Assembly: GCA_964106645.2 (NCBI GenBank) | Contig: OZ067052.1 | Reading direction: 5' to 3' (one strand) | DNA from: Podarcis pityusensis | Taxonomy: Eukaryota | Length of the DNA: 64,000 nucleotides | Part shown: one piece after another, positions 45,215-59,270 of the stretch | Layout: each line of letters begins with the position of its first letter | Position numbering within the stretch: the first letter of the stretch is position 1 | Position numbers and translations under genes: made by a program | The notes under the pieces: model-generated | Seen by the model: only the letters and a program-made list of their open reading frames with translations | What the model was told of the DNA's origin: nothing | The model's database searches: none

Positions 45215-48200
45215 CTGTACATTATTAGGATCTGGCTGTTAGCCACTTCCTGTGGTATATGACAGATTTTTGAATATATTAAGTTATTGATTTTAGAGAA
45301 AGTTTCTAGTCCTGTTGCGGAGGGGGCGCAACAATATTGAAAACCATATCTTCTATTGCCTCTGTGACCAGAAAATAGGGAAGTTTTCAGGATAAGATTT
45401 CTAAAGGTCAAAGGAGACAAATCACCCCTTTTCTCTGCTTTCCTTTTTCCCTAGCTTCCAACACAAAAACATTAGTTTTATTATATGGAGAGCTGCCATG
45501 TTCCTCTCCAATCTACACTATTGTTTTCTATTCAGACTTAATTAGACAGCTTAATTTTCTAATTCCCGGGCTAAGGAATTTCAGACATATAATCTGTAAC
45601 CTGTAATATTATTATCATTATCATTTATTACCCACCCTAACTTCAAGGTCCCTGGGCAGGTTACAAGACAATATTTTAACCATTTTAAAACAACTTACAA
45701 TCACAAAAATAAGGTGAGTCCTATAAATAAAAAAAAAGTTTTCTGGTTTTGCTTGTTCCCTCCTCTCCCTCGCTCCCCTACCCTTCCCTTTTCATGCAAA
45801 TCTTCCCAGGGAACTCTGGGAACTGTAGCTCTGGGTGGGGAACAGGGGTCTCCTGATGAGTCTCAGCACCTTTAATGGACTTCAGCCCCCAGAATTCTTT
45901 GGGAGAAGCCATGGGTATTAAAAGTGGTTATTCATGGTGTTTTAAAAGAATGGTGTGAATGTGGGCTTTGACTGAAATCACACCCTGCAACTGTCCCGAT
46001 AAAACTGGGACACTGTGTGAGCTCACTGCACCCTGAAACACACAAGAGGACAGCCCTGAAAGATTTTGATTTTGCACAAGAGCACAGCGCCTGGAAACAC
46101 AAGTTTGGGAGCCATGCTCTCTCATGGGTCATGTGACTTGTGCAGGAGTGAAGCCCCAGAAGACAGGCATCCCGTTTTTCCACTACAACATGATGGAGGG
46201 GATGTGATATGCTAGCATGTCAAACTAAATTTTATTTGCATCAGTGGCGTGACAACAATGAATGCCAATGAACAACATCCCTACTCCCCCATGTTGTCCC
46301 CCCCAAAAAACCCAGCAAGTAATAACTGCATGGTGGTATACAACACCAAATTTCTTCACCATGATTTTCTGGGTTAAGCGGTTTGCAAACAGATTATTTC
46401 TGGAACCAATTAATGCAGAAATGAATGCTAAACTTCCAACAGATTCTTGCTAGCTTTCCAGAAGTAGCTATTAATTTGTGTAAAATCTCAATCAGAATGC
46501 AAAAATTAACAGTTAGAGAAACATCAGGGAAAGGGAATAAATTGCTGTGTGATTGCAGCCCAAGTTAATGAAAGGTAGAACCAACTAATTCTAGTTTTGT
46601 CCTTATCCCACCTCCCTGTTGAATTCTAGAAAGGCAAAACTAAGGCTAAGCAGAAGGAAGCTGGGAGTCAGGGCCACTGGCAGGGGTCTCTTCAGAATTT
46701 CAGGCAGGGGTCTCTTCCAATCTTAGCTGAAGATTTTGGGTGTTGAACCTGAGACCTTCTCCATGCAGACCAGATGCTCTCTAACTGAGCTGCAAGGGCC
46801 TCCTGGCTTTCCTCCAAAACACTCCAGAAATAGTGGCAATGAATCCTATTACCTCGTTGTGCAATTCAGCAGGCAAACCACCTCTCCAATTCACTGTTGC
46901 TTCTGCCAAACAGAGTTTAACTCTAACAAAGCAAATAAATGTGATTGAGTAGCTCAAACAATGAAATGGTGTTTGCATAATGTGTGTACTTGCAACAGGT
47001 TATTCAGAAATTGACTTTCCATTTGGTGTTTGACCTGCAGGTGAAATAAATATTCTGGTTTGAACTAAGGGAGCCTGTTTTGTCTGCATTGTAGTCCTTA
47101 GTGCATCCAATCAAGATCCTTCCAGTGTTTCTGCCGCTTAAAGTTTGGCAATCTGTGCCAGAGGAGTCCCCATTAGGCAGTGACCAATTATTCTGAGATC
47201 ACCTATCCCCCACTAATAATTATTATAATATTATATTATATTATATTATATTATATTATTATACGCTTTGTAGCCAAGACTGTTAAACATCAAACAAACT
47301 TGCTTGTCAAAAAAAGAGAAGACAATAGGGTTTTTGGGAGAAGGTTCTGTCTTGCGCCTTCTCTCCCCATGCTCAGCTTGCCCAAGCCATAACACCCTTA
47401 AGCTTTTTCGTTGCACAGATTGTTGGCTAATGGGGCGGAGCCAGCTAAGGATGCCTTCCATTAATGGAGCAGAATATAAACAGAATAAAGCCTTCATTTC
47501 TCGGGCTGCAGTTTCATTATTAATATACTTTCCAGTTCACAGGTTGTTCATTTGCTTCCATGTTTTCTCAGCTGGTGTAATCTTGCAGCGCTGAGTGAGA
47601 ACAGTCATAAAATTTCCATTTCCAGTTGAGTGTGCATCCAATTCACCATGAAATGTTCTCGCTGCCGTGAATATTAAGTGTGCTGGGAGAGGTTTCTGCA
47701 GGATTAACCTGGGAGGAATCCCAGCTACGTTGGAAATCTGGGTGGGGTGCAGAGTGCCTTGGTGGGAAGAGTGGGTGGCAGGAGTGAGGAGCTGATAAAG
47801 CCATAAAGGGAAGCACAATAGAAAGGCCTGCAATGCACCCAGGTGGAAAGTGAGGCATGGTGGGAAGGAGAGGAAGAAAGTAGGTTTGGCAGAGTAAAAA
47901 AGAGTAAAAAGTAAAAGAGTAAAGGAAGTTCAGTGGCCGAGTAAAAGCATGCATGGCATAGAAAAAGGGGACAGAGAGACATTTTCCTGCTCTCTCACAA
48001 CTTTGCAACTCACAGAGACCCAATGAAGCTGAAGGTTCGAAGATTCCAACTCTAAATCTACAATTCTGGGATTCTATGAAATTGTCCCAAAATTAACATG
48101 AATCAGGAAGCAGGGAGGGAAACTATGTCATGTGATGCATCTACTTGATAAAGGGCTCACTAGACCAATGAACAGCTCCTAGGTTCTATAGATTCCATTG

Positions 48201-48899
48201 GATGCACCACGAGACTTGTCAAACATTTTGGATAAGGTTAATTTAGAGCAAATTGCAATCTGCTTCTGGGTTTTTAGGGATGGAATTGTTGTTTTTTTGC
48301 ATCTGGCAGGGAAAGATCTCTTGGAAAGGGAAGACTATTTCTTTACTACTTTCCTGTATTAAGATTTGTGGAAGCCAACCAGAACAGTTGGTGGGGCAAG
48401 GCCCAAGCCCTGTCTCTTGAGCTCTGCTACTCTGCCCATTAATTTCTAACACTAGGCACATTGGCCTAACTTTTTGCCATCCTTAAAAAAAATTAAAAAT
48501 CCAGCCAGATGCTGCAGCATGCTGTGGCATTTGAAAACCAGCTGGAGGAGACAAGGGGAAGGCTCTGAGCTCTCCAGGCCACAGCAGGCTGTGTGAAGCT
48601 TCATAAGCTAAACAGGGTTAATCTTGGTCAAGTGCTTGGCCACAGAGCCCTGGCTTGTATAATTAGATTGGCTTGTCAGAGTTTCAGAAGTTATTGATTC
48701 TCAGGTTTGTTATCTTCAGTCAACAGTCCTTTTTCCCCCACCAGCAGGGAATCAGAACAGGGAGGTTTCCCATGATGGTCCATTTCATAAACACAACACA
48801 TAATATCTTTCCTGGTCCACATCTGTAGTGGAATTGTTTTTAAGGTGTTTTATCCTATGCCTTTTGCCACCCTGGGCTCCTTTTAGAGAAAAGTGGGAC

Positions 48900-49107
48900 A
48901 TTGATTTAATTGCATTCATATCCCATCTTTTTCTCTGAGGAGCCCTTCCTCATTTTAATCACCACAACAACTCTGTGAGGTAGGTTAGACTGAGAGGCAG
49001 TGACTGGCCTTAGGTCACCCATTGAGCTTCATGGCCAAATGAGGATTTGAACCCTGGTCTCCCAGGTCCTACCTAGTCCAACATTCTAACCACTACACCA
49101 CATTGCT
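48900..49107 (-). mobile_element. Squam3-like SINE
   Basis: Collinear with the other family copies. Confidence 0.75.
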
Positions 49108-49194
49108 TGCTATGAACAGATGTGTACAATTCTCCTGATAAATGTTGCTAGTCTTTAAAGGACACTGTTATGTTTTTTTCATCATTATCATCAT

Positions 49195-49415
49195 CATTTT
49201 TTATTTATACACCGCCCTTCTGGATAGGTTTCCCCAGCTGTTCTGGGCAGCTTCCAGCAAAATATGAAAATACAATAATTCATCAAATATTAAAAGATTC
49301 CCTAAACAGGGCTGTCTTCAGATGTCTTCTGAAAGTCAGATAGTTGTTCATTTCTTTGACATCTGGTGGGAGGGCATTCCACAGGGCGGGTGCCACTACC
49401 GTGAAGGCCCTCTGT
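49195..49415 (-). mobile_element. L2-type LINE 3' fragment
   Basis: Same family as 13550-13796 (ttcagatgtcttct...cagatagttgtt...gggagggc.ttccacaggg...aaggccctctg). Confidence 0.75.
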
Positions 49416-52400
49416 CATTGTAGACATTCTTCTGGTATTTTGAAAGAACAGGGAAAAACAACCACCACCTAATTCTATCTTTTACTTTATGCCAAGGATA
49501 GCCAATGTGTTGTGGTCCTCAGGTACTGTACTGTGAACCACAACTATTCTTCCTGGCCTTTGGCTATACTTGTAGGGGTCAATGAAAGTTGGCATCCAAA
49601 ACATCTGGGGGGAATATAGTTGAAGAAAGTGTAATCAACAACAGCAACCAAGTTTATTATATAGTCAGAATGTAGGTTCTTTCGTATCTTGCAATGCAAA
49701 CAAATTTAGAGTTTCCCCCAAATACTGCTTTAGATTGTGCAATTGCATGAGATAAATTAATGATGCTGGGAAATGCAAGGTTTGCTCCTGCTGTACAGAT
49801 ACATAGGAATTCATTTGCTGTCCATCCCGTCTGCAGACATGGTGATTTTCAACAGTTCTTTAGCTGCTCAGTAGCAATGCACTGAGCATTAAGTCCTGTC
49901 TTCGCTTAAAATCCTTCAGATGTTTTACTAAAGGAGCAGCCTCCCCCCACAAACATACTTTCAATGTTGCTTTGAGCCAAATTTCAGTGCCAAATCTAGG
50001 TGTCAGGCAGGATATGCTGAAGCATCACAGCAACAGATGCCTGCCTCAGATTTTATTGGAAAAAAATCAAGAAAGGAGGGAGAGGACTAAAGATAGGCAC
50101 ATGTCAAATTTGCTTGGCAATAGACCAAGCCATTTCCAAGCCAGTCACCAGGATGAAAAGCCCCAGTAGCTCATGGGAAATGCAATTTCCCACAAACCTA
50201 CTGTCCTTAGGAAAATTACATTTCACAATGGAAATGGGGCCTTTTGTCCTGGTGTCCTGCAATGCTGCAGGCACCAAAGATGGGGAGTCAGGAAGGAAAG
50301 AGGGCATAGGATTAGGAGATCAGGAGATCAGGAGATCAGGAACTGAGTGAAAAGAAGAGGATTGATAAGACCATAATTTGTAAGGATGCCCAGTTATGCG
50401 TTGCCAAAAAATGAGGATTTGCATCACACACAAAGAGCTCAACAGTTTGCATGAAATTTGCATGTGATTATTGATGCATATATATGTCATGCAACACATC
50501 TCACCATAGTGGGGAAGACAGCAGGTGACTTGTGTCCCTGCTTTGTCTGTTGGACAGATGCTGCTGTTGATGGGCAAATTTCAGGGCTGATGTTCACCCT
50601 TCTTTTGGTTTGTTATTGTTAAACCAGACCTGGGCTGGACAGCTGCCACATAGAGGACACCTTCGAGCAGGGAGCTGACCTCTGACAGCCCTTTCCAATA
50701 GAAGTCTGTCAAAATAGGACTCCTGGCTCCCCTATGATTTTTTTCCAGCTTTGGGAAGCACATTGTGGGGTTTCTAATGCTCATCTCCATCCACAAATAT
50801 ATATAGTATGGCCCAGATACAGAGAGCTTTGCCAGCATCTGTAATGATTATCTCACTTCCAGGTCTGCTGATTCCATAGCTAAGGTGCTCAGTTTAGATC
50901 TTGTCGGTGCTTAACCCAAATCTGCCTCCCCAAAATTTAAACCCATTGCCTTTTTTTTGGCCATATAAAGTTCCCATTTTAGTTTTTTGGGATCATTAAA
51001 AAGATCCCTCTGTGTCCATTTGGTTTCCTGCGAGGCATGTTTTACAGCTGTGCTTTCAGTATCCTTTTCTTTCAAAAACTTGCAGCCCCATTAACCTCCT
51101 TTTTCATTTATCTTGTCTCTCCACGGGGAAGACTTTCAAGGTGTTTTAACTGCCCCCCCTTGGCTTACAATGCAGGGTCACATTCAGGTCACTGTCTGCT
51201 TGTGTTGATTTCAGAAACCTGCCTCTCTCTGCATAGCTTTCTGTTCTTTGTATGATCACTGATCTCAACATAACATCTCAGGCATTTTTTGGGTTGACTG
51301 GTGGTGGTGGGTGGGCTTTTCTTATAGTCAGAATCTGAAAATCTTACCGGGTGTTGTGAAAGTATCCCTCCCCCGCCCAATCAGCCTTCCTTAACTTGGT
51401 GCCTTCCAGAGGTTTTGAACTATAATTCCCATGCAGCCCACAGAACATGGCCAATAGTCAGAGATGGGTTTAGTCTGAAACATTTGCAGGGCACCAGTTT
51501 GGGGAAGCCTATTCTAAGTCAAGAATGGTTAGTATCCCTGAAAGACCTGCAGTGTGTGCCCAGCTCAATGGAGTCAGGCATCAACAAATACTTACTACTC
51601 TGATACCGTGAAGAACATAAGAGCATAATAAGAGCCTTGCTGGTTCAGACCAATGGCCCATCTAGTCCAGCATCCTGCTCTCACAGTGGTAAACCAGATG
51701 CCCATGGGAAACCCTCAAGTGTCCTTACACAGGCCATGTGCTTTCTGAAAGTTATAAGGGAAATCTGACAGGCCTCCTCTTTGCTTGCATCCAAGAAACA
51801 TGTAATATAGCACAATGTTGTTGTGAATTGTTTCATGTAGTTGTATTGTTGTCTACTGCCTTGGGTTCCCCTTGTGGAGGAAGGGCTTCCCTTGAGATGA
51901 TTGATAGATAGATGGATAGATAGATGGATGGATATGCCTGGATTGTGGTTAGACTTACATAGACCTTCTGAAGGATGAGGCAGCATGTTAAACCATGTGG
52001 CACCTTGGCCATTTCCAACCATACCATCCTGTGAAACAGTGGGAAATCATTAGGTGCAATAAAATTTGGTGGAGGTCAATGCAAGACAGATAGTTGAGAG
52101 TGGGCAATCCAGTAGATCTGGGGGCAGGTGGCTGTTGGAAGGGGTCATGGAGAATAACCTCACTGGATCAGGCCAACAGCCCATCTACCACAGCTAGTGA
52201 TCTTGTGTACCCACATACACCTTATTCCAGCATCACCTTTATGTTTGTTTCTGCTCTTACCAGAATATAAGGATTTGTTTGCCATGATATGATGGATGTC
52301 CTTGCACCTTCCAACTTGAGTATAGTAATGCACTTCATGGACCTTCCCTTCAAAGGGGTAGCATCTTTAAATATTTGCAAGCTATCACTCCTGTCCCCAT

Positions 52401-53102
52401 TGGACTGTGTTGGTGAGGTTTTCCACCCTTAGATATCCCACCTAAAGTTTTGTGGTCCTGGGAACTTTGGAGTCCCACCTCCTTCTGTGCTGATGATTCC
52501 TTTTGCCTCCATAAGGACTGCCACTAGAAGAATTGAGTTCTCTTTTAGTATATATGATTATCTCTGAATAGCTGTCTCTGTTAGCATGTCCTGAGCTTCT
52601 GTTTTATGTTCAACAAAGAAGCTTTGCAAGGGAGGTCTTAATCCTAAAGTATTTATAGAAGTGTTGAGGTTACTTGAGCGTCCTGGCATGATTCCAGCCC
52701 TGCATAGATTCGCCTCCCCTTCTCTCCAACTTCCTGTGTGGTATTGCTCTAAAATAGTGGAGGTTGGTTGGCTTTGAAATGCAAAGGCTTTGTTCTGCGT
52801 GTGGCTAATTTGTATGTCATCTTGGGACTTCCCCTGTGATGAAAAAAGCATTAGAGGATGAAAGTAGCCAATTGCAAAACTTGAAGGAGCTCTTTGGGGT
52901 CCACTAGGAAGCTGCAGTAGGTCGGAGAGGCGGGGGAAGCAGTTCAATGCTTGTGGTGAGAGGTTGTGGCAAGGCAAATCTAGATGTTTGGGGAAGGGGG
53001 TGAAAGCTAAAAGTCCAAGGTCCCTACTGACTTACTAGCTTAGTGCATATGCACCCCTGGTGTGTCCCCTGTTGATGGCCCTATGAGTGGGATGTGCCAA
53101 TT

Positions 53103-53431
53103 CAGTGGTTCCCAACCCTCTTGGGGCCATCATCTCTTTGGTTCCATAAACTCATCCCCTGTGCCCCTTCCCTACTCTATAGAAAGCATTATTCAGGATA
53201 GCAGTTTGCACTAGCTACTAAGGAAGATAATAACACAATAAAATTCAAAATAGTAGCAGTTAATGGCACATTTATTCAAAACCCGGTTAAAACTATTTAG
53301 TTCAATTATTTCAACAAAATAGATGAACTTGATCCATTGATACCATCACACACACACCCTGCTTCCCCCTTGCGCCTAGATAATCCTACCCACCCCAGGG
53401 CATGGTTCACTGTCTACTTTAGGAACCACTG
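53103..53431. mobile_element. hAT-type MITE
   Basis: TIRs cagtggttccca and taggaaccactg (11/12). TSD degraded. Confidence 0.55.
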
Positions 53432-54363
53432 TGTATGTTGTTGCTGTTGTCAGACAAGTGGAAGTCAGAAACCCTTGTAGATCAACTGCAGATGTGCTGG
53501 TATGTTACAGTAGTAAGCCATAGGAAAAGCCTTCATGTGACCCTGGAGGACCACCACTCATCAAAGCAGACAGCACTGAGCAAGATGGACAAATGGTCCA
53601 ATTCTGTGGAAGGGAGTTTCTACTCTCTCCTCTCCCACCCTTTCCATGCCAGCATGAGCTCAGGGCAACATTGCTTTGGAGGAGAGCTATAACACAAGCT
53701 CTTCCAAAGAGCTTGGCACTTCTAGCATGATCGGGGCAAGAAAGAAGGGAGGACATTCTGTGGCAGTTTTCATAGCATGACCTAAGAGGGGGGCGGCTTA
53801 GTGGCAGAGCTATTATGTGCCCTTCCTGCCAGAAAAATAAATCCCCCAAATTCTCTGAACAAGAGAAAAAAGGTGAAGCAAGAAAAACAAATTTGCATGC
53901 TTAAAAAGCAGTCATTTTTACTGCTTGGACACTGTAGATTAGAATCTGCAGGTAGAAGAGCAGGTGAAAAATAGCAGGTGAACATTTGACCACTGTGAAT
54001 GCTTTTTACCCTTTGGTTCATCGCCCTGCTTAGGTCCTGAACCAAAGCCCCTCGAGGACAATGTGAGTCTTTCTATTGACTTCAGTGGGCTTAGGATCAG
54101 GACCTTAATGCATAGCTGCTCTTGCACAACTTCTGCCTGTCCCTCTCACATGATAAAGCCCAAGTTGTCTTGTGCCATTCTCAAGGCCTGTGAGCTGGGT
54201 CAAGACCACTTTAAGGCCTTGTGAATTTGCCCCATCATAAGCTAGGGTATTTGCCTAGATTTTGAAGGCTGGGGAGAGGGGGTCCACCTGGTTCCTTCTT
54301 CTTGGATACAAACATACAAGGAGGGTGGGAATCACTTTTAAAATTGAGGAATTAGAGCTAGAC

Positions 54364-54958
54364 TGTCAAGGAGCTGTCAGGCCATCCTTACAGGTCATTC
54401 ACAGGGCAGGAAAGAACTTCAGGAGTGAAAAACAATTAGCTTTTATTCACAGAAAGTAACAACACAGCAGATTTACTCTATCTTGACTCATTCAGCTTGG
54501 GGCGTTGCTGAAACTGACCACAGGCCCTGCCCTTCCCCTTTAGCCTCTCACTCTGGATCCCTTCCTAGCAGATGGAGACTGTGACAAAGGGGTGGGCTCC
54601 TCCTCTAAACCTGTTTGGCCCAGGACTCTCCTCCACTTGGGTGTCAGAAGGGAGGAGAGCCAGCAGGAATGGGAATGTTCAGTTGCTCAGAAGCAGGGGC
54701 AATCTCTGACCTCTCTGTGTCTGAGTCTGCACTGACACTGTGACTCTAGCCCTGTTCTGGAAGGGCCTTCTTCTTCTGACCCCCCTTGATGTCTCAAGAC
54801 TCCTGCTTCAAGTACCTCCCAGTGCACCCCTTCCCCAGACAGCTCTCCAGGTGTCTCACCACCACAATCTGGGATCTAAGTCGTCTTCTGTGTCATCCCT
54901 TGGGGGCTGTAGGGCAGGCGGTACCCACCAGTTTTCCTCATCCAGCCAGTCCCTGACA
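54364..54958 (-). mobile_element. Solo LTR (595 bp)
   Basis: TGTCA...TGACA termini. Perfect 5-bp TSD tagac at 54359-54363 and 54959-54963. Minus-strand AATAAA near 54442. Confidence 0.88.
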
Positions 54959-56320
54959 TAGACCCATTCTAAAGTTTTTTTGCTAGCACCTAGGCTAAGA
55001 AGGCTTTCTTTTGACTGCACATGTGCAGATAACATTTTACAAAATTATAACTAGCCTCTGTCTTAACATAACTACCAAGTAAGCTGGTCATCTATATCTT
55101 GAATATGTCAATAAAATTCTGAATACATTCAGACATCTTGTGGAACAAGGGAGTGGTACCAATGGTTCTTGTAGTCCAGCATCCTGTTTTCAAAGGGGCC
55201 AGACAGAGGAGTGTAGAAAGCCCGAAAGCAAAATTTGAGCACAAGAACACTCTCTCCTCCTGAACTTTCCAGCAAGTGGTATTCAGAAGCATTGCTGTCT
55301 ACAACTGTGGAGGCAGAGCAAAGCAACCGTGGCTGGTGGCCAGAGGTAGCCCTCTTCTCTGTGAATTTCCCCAAGCCTCTTTTAAAGCCATATAGGTTAG
55401 TGGCCATCACAAAACACACGAAGCAGGAGGCTCCTGAGCTAAGGAATGCCAGGCCCACTGGACAGGTCCCTCCCCTGTCTAGACGAGAGATATTTTATCC
55501 TGCTTCTCTGGGGCGTCAGGCAAAAGGAGGCCATCCCTGGAAGAAAGGCCATTTGAAATAACTGCAGTGTATTAAAAAGGTTGTGGAGGAGCGGGAGGGG
55601 GAGAGAAGGGAAGGGACCCAGGGGCTACTGCATTGCCATGGCTTTAAATTACAGAGTAGGAGGATGAAAATAAGAGAGAGGAACGGGGAGAGAGAGTGGG
55701 AGAGAGCAAGAGGAAGAAGAATTGCCGTTGTTTTTCCAAGCAGATGGGAAAGTTCAGGGGATCAGAAAAAGACTATTATTATCTCGACTCAATGGTGACA
55801 AGACTTGAAAAGAATGGGATCTCTCCCCCCCCTTCACCCCCTCTACCTATGTGTGGGACATTGGCGGAATCCATTTCCGTGAGCATCAGCAGGGAAAGAG
55901 TCAGGCGAGAGAAATATCTTCAAAGCTAGCAAGCGGGGGAATTATCTCCACAGCTGGGCAGCAGCCTCTCATTTTACTGTCCTCTGTCTCTTTTTCTTAT
56001 CCGGATGCCCTCGGGGTTTTTGTCTTCTGCAAAAGTGGAGGCAAGGGAGGGAATACACCTGAGTCTTTTGTTCTAGATTCAGATGGTCTGTGAGTTATGG
56101 CTGCTGCTGGGGCCATCCTGCTTGGTGCTCAGTAACCCTGAGCATCACCAGGGAATGCAGAAAGCTGGGCAGGCTCTGATGCTGGCAGGATGCAGCCCTC
56201 GGCTGTGCAAAGTGAGGTGGGGCTGAGAACAGGGAATAAAAATTAGCATGTATAGGGGGTGAGTTAGGTCCTTGGTGTCCGGCTGACACCAGCAGCAGCC
56301 CAGTCACCCCTATACACAAA

Positions 56321-56519
56321 GAGCCAGTGGTGGTATAGTGGCTGGATGGACTAGGACCTGTGAGAGATTAGGTTCCAATATCCCCCCCCTTCATCTAGTC
56401 CTTGCAACAACCCTGTGAGGTAGGTTAGACTCAGAGGCAGTGACTGGTCAAGTGGGGATTTGAACCCTGGTCCCCCAGGTCCTGGTCCAACACTGTAACC
56501 CCTATACAACCACTGGCTC
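56321..56519. mobile_element. Two Squam3-like SINE pieces in inverted orientation
   Basis: A plus-strand head (56321 to about 56385) abuts a minus-strand copy (about 56390-56519). The ends gagccagtggt and accactggctc are perfect reverse complements. Confidence 0.7.
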
Positions 56520-57400
56520 ACCATCCATGCTTAGAGGCAGGAGAGACATTGGTTCAGTCTGCATAACACAAACCTGCCTAATTTGTTCTTCCCCAAACGA
56601 TACATGACCTAAAACAAAGCTATCCTTTGAAAAATGCACATCTCCAGATTTTGTAATGCGGGTCTCTAAATCAAAATAAAAAAATGAAAAATGTGTGCAT
56701 AAATACATTTATATTTGGGCAAACCACTTAGCAAAAAGGGTGTGTGTGTTGGGGAAGTTTACCAAAATGCTTTCATTTTTGTATGTTAGGACTTTACGAT
56801 TTTTCTAAAAGAAAAAAAAAGAAAGCACTGAAGAAATGTGACAAACTGAACTTAATGTTAGGGGAAATGAGAAACTCAGAGAAATGGAGAGTGACAGTTT
56901 TGTCCACCACTCCCCCCATCATCCTGCCCCATGCTGTGGATGTAGGTCAGCTGTGCACTGCCATTCTACCCCTCCGCCACCTGCCCTTCTTCTGTCCCTC
57001 CAATTGCCAAGCTTTCCTCCATATGTGCAGCACAACCACCTCAATGTTTTGCCCAGAAATGGAGATATCAGCACTGTGAAACCTAAGAGGCACAGCAAAA
57101 GCTGCTGGGCTGGAAAATAGCGTGTCTGGAGGGGTGAAAGAAAATAAAGATGAACATGATGGAGAGATGGCATAGATCATCGCTGCCAGCCCAGCCTGAA
57201 TTCAGATCATTCGTCGAGTGCTGTGTAAATGCAGCAAAGTAGACTGAAAGGGGAATGTAGGAATCTGCCAGATGCTGAGTCAATGGTCCTTGTAGCTCAG
57301 TGTTGTTTGCACTGACCAGCAGTGTCTCTCCAGGGTTTCAGACAGGGAGCCTTTCCAAGTCATAACACACACAGTTGCTTTTTGTAAGCAGAATGGTAGT

Positions 57401-57769
57401 GGGATTCAGATGGTGCTGTGGTCTGAACCACTGAGCCTAGGGCTTGCCGATTGGAAGGTCAGCGGTTTGAATGCCCACGATGGGGTGAGCTCCCGTTTTT
57501 TGTTCCAGATCATGCCCACCTAGCAGTTCGAAAGCACATCAAAGTGCAAGTAGATAAATAGGTACCGCTCTGGCGGGAAGGTAAACGACGTTTCTGGGTG
57601 CTGCTTTGGTTTCAGCAGAAGCGGCTTAGTCATGCTGGCCACATGACCCAGAAAAACTGTCTGTGGACAAATGTTGGCTCCCTCAGCCAGTAAAGCAAGA
57701 TGAGCACCACAACCCCAGAGTTGTCCGTGACTGGACTTAAAGGTCAGGGGTCCTTTACCTTTACCTTTT
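57401..57769 (+). mobile_element. Full-length Sauria SINE
   Basis: Head ggga...tggtgctgtggtc, diagnostic body, and (ACCTTT)n tail. 13-bp TSD taagcagaatggt at 57385-57397 and 57770-57782. Confidence 0.92.
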
Positions 57770-58086
57770 TAAGCAGAATGGTCAATGGCCAGGGATCTTA
57801 GAAGTTGGACTCCCAACAGCAACTGGAGGGAGCCAAGTTCTAGAAACCAAACCAGGGTGTTGGGGGAAAAAGCAAATTGGCCCCTCCCTGCTGTGGACAA
57901 ATGACACTTCAGTAGCAACAGGGCACTAGGGAGGCCCCACTCCTCACTGTACAGGCTGCTTAAAGGATCTTAAAATAAACCACAAATTGCTGCAGAAATG
58001 TGGAAAACAGAATTTAAGCTTCAAAAGAAGGAGGGGGGGGATGATCAGATTCAGCCATACCTAGCTGAATCCATGTTTGGGTCTTT

Positions 58087-58396
58087 GGCCACAATCGCGC
58101 CATATATTTAAAGCTCTACAACTTTAAACAATCATGGCTTCCCTCCAAGAATCCTGGGAGCTGCTGTTTGTTAAGGGTGCTGAGAGCTGTTAGGAGATCA
58201 GTATACCCCTTGCAGAACTACAATTCCCAGAGTTCCCTGTGAAGAGGGACTTTAACAATAACCACTCAGAGAACTTTAGCTCCACAAGGGATCTCCTAAC
58301 CCTCATCACCCTTAACAAACTACACTTCCCAAGATTCTTTGTGGGAAGACAATTTAAAGTGACATAGTCCTTTAAACGTATGGTGTGAAGGTGGCC
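58087..58396. mobile_element. Palindromic PIF/Harbinger-like MITE
   Basis: Ends ggccac...ccata and tatggtgtgaaggtggcc, with long internal inverted arms (gtttgttaagggtg/cacccttaacaaac). Partial copy at about 45805-45966. Confidence 0.65.
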
Positions 58397-59132
58397 TTGC
58401 ACCTCTACACTGCTGTCCCAAATTCTCTCAGTCTTCTGGTAGTGTTAACTTTCCAATGACTCCAGAAGAATCACTGAAAAATACACCAGGAGGGCTTTAA
58501 GAATCATCCTCTGGTCTGGCAGCGACCTAGAGAGTCTCTCTCTCCCCAGCCCCCATTTGCCAGTGCCTGCCCTATCCCTTTCCCTCTGAGACACAGCAGG
58601 TCACTCCACCAGCACACTTTATCAGGGCTTTCCCCCCTGTCTTTTTATTTTAACATTTGTTCCTTGTCTTATGAAAAATTGGAAATTTATCTACCATCAG
58701 TCCCCCGCTCGCCTCCCAGCCGGCTGCCCCCCTTCCCCCCTTCCCTCACTTCTTCTCATTTATTTCTGACAGCCGTCATGTAGCAAATTCCTAATTTGAC
58801 GAGCCAGATATATCCTGCAGGCAAAAAGAAAAAGGGAGAAGAAAGAATGGTAGGGGAGAGCAAAACGAAAAAAGAAGCAGGGATGTGCTTCTACCATTTA
58901 TCTCCTGCTTCTGTATAACCCAACACCCTGGAGGTGGGTAGGAAAGAATAAAAACACCTGCATTCCGCTGTTGTTAAGGAACAACCCCTTGCATTGTCCA
59001 TCCTGCCATTGTTTCTAGGAGGCATGGAAATTTCATGCAATGAGAGTTTGGGGCTTCTTAATGGGAGGACAGGGAAGCCAAGCATAGAGCATGGGGAATG
59101 TTTTTCAGCCCACATGCTGCATTCCCTTAGAG

Positions 59133-59270
59133 CACTGTTTCTCAACCTGTGAGTCCCCAGATGTTGTTGGACTACAACTCCCATCATCCCTGACCACTGG
59201 TCATGCTGGCTAGGAATGATGGGAATTGTAGTCCAACAACATCTGGGGACGCACAGGTTGAAAAACACTG
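59133..59270. mobile_element. 138-bp palindromic hAT MITE, copy 2
   Basis: Same length and sequence family as 40282-40419. Perfect 8-bp TSD ccttagag at 59125-59132 and 59271-59278. Confidence 0.92.

Noticed and set aside
44881-45420. 179-aa ORF and CpG-island-like stretch
   Set aside because: It lies largely within a TSD-bounded hAT MITE, and GC richness explains the open frames.
58170-58190. TCAGCACC RE1 left half-sites in MITEs (also about 45862)
   Set aside because: No right half-site, and they are part of a multi-copy repeat.
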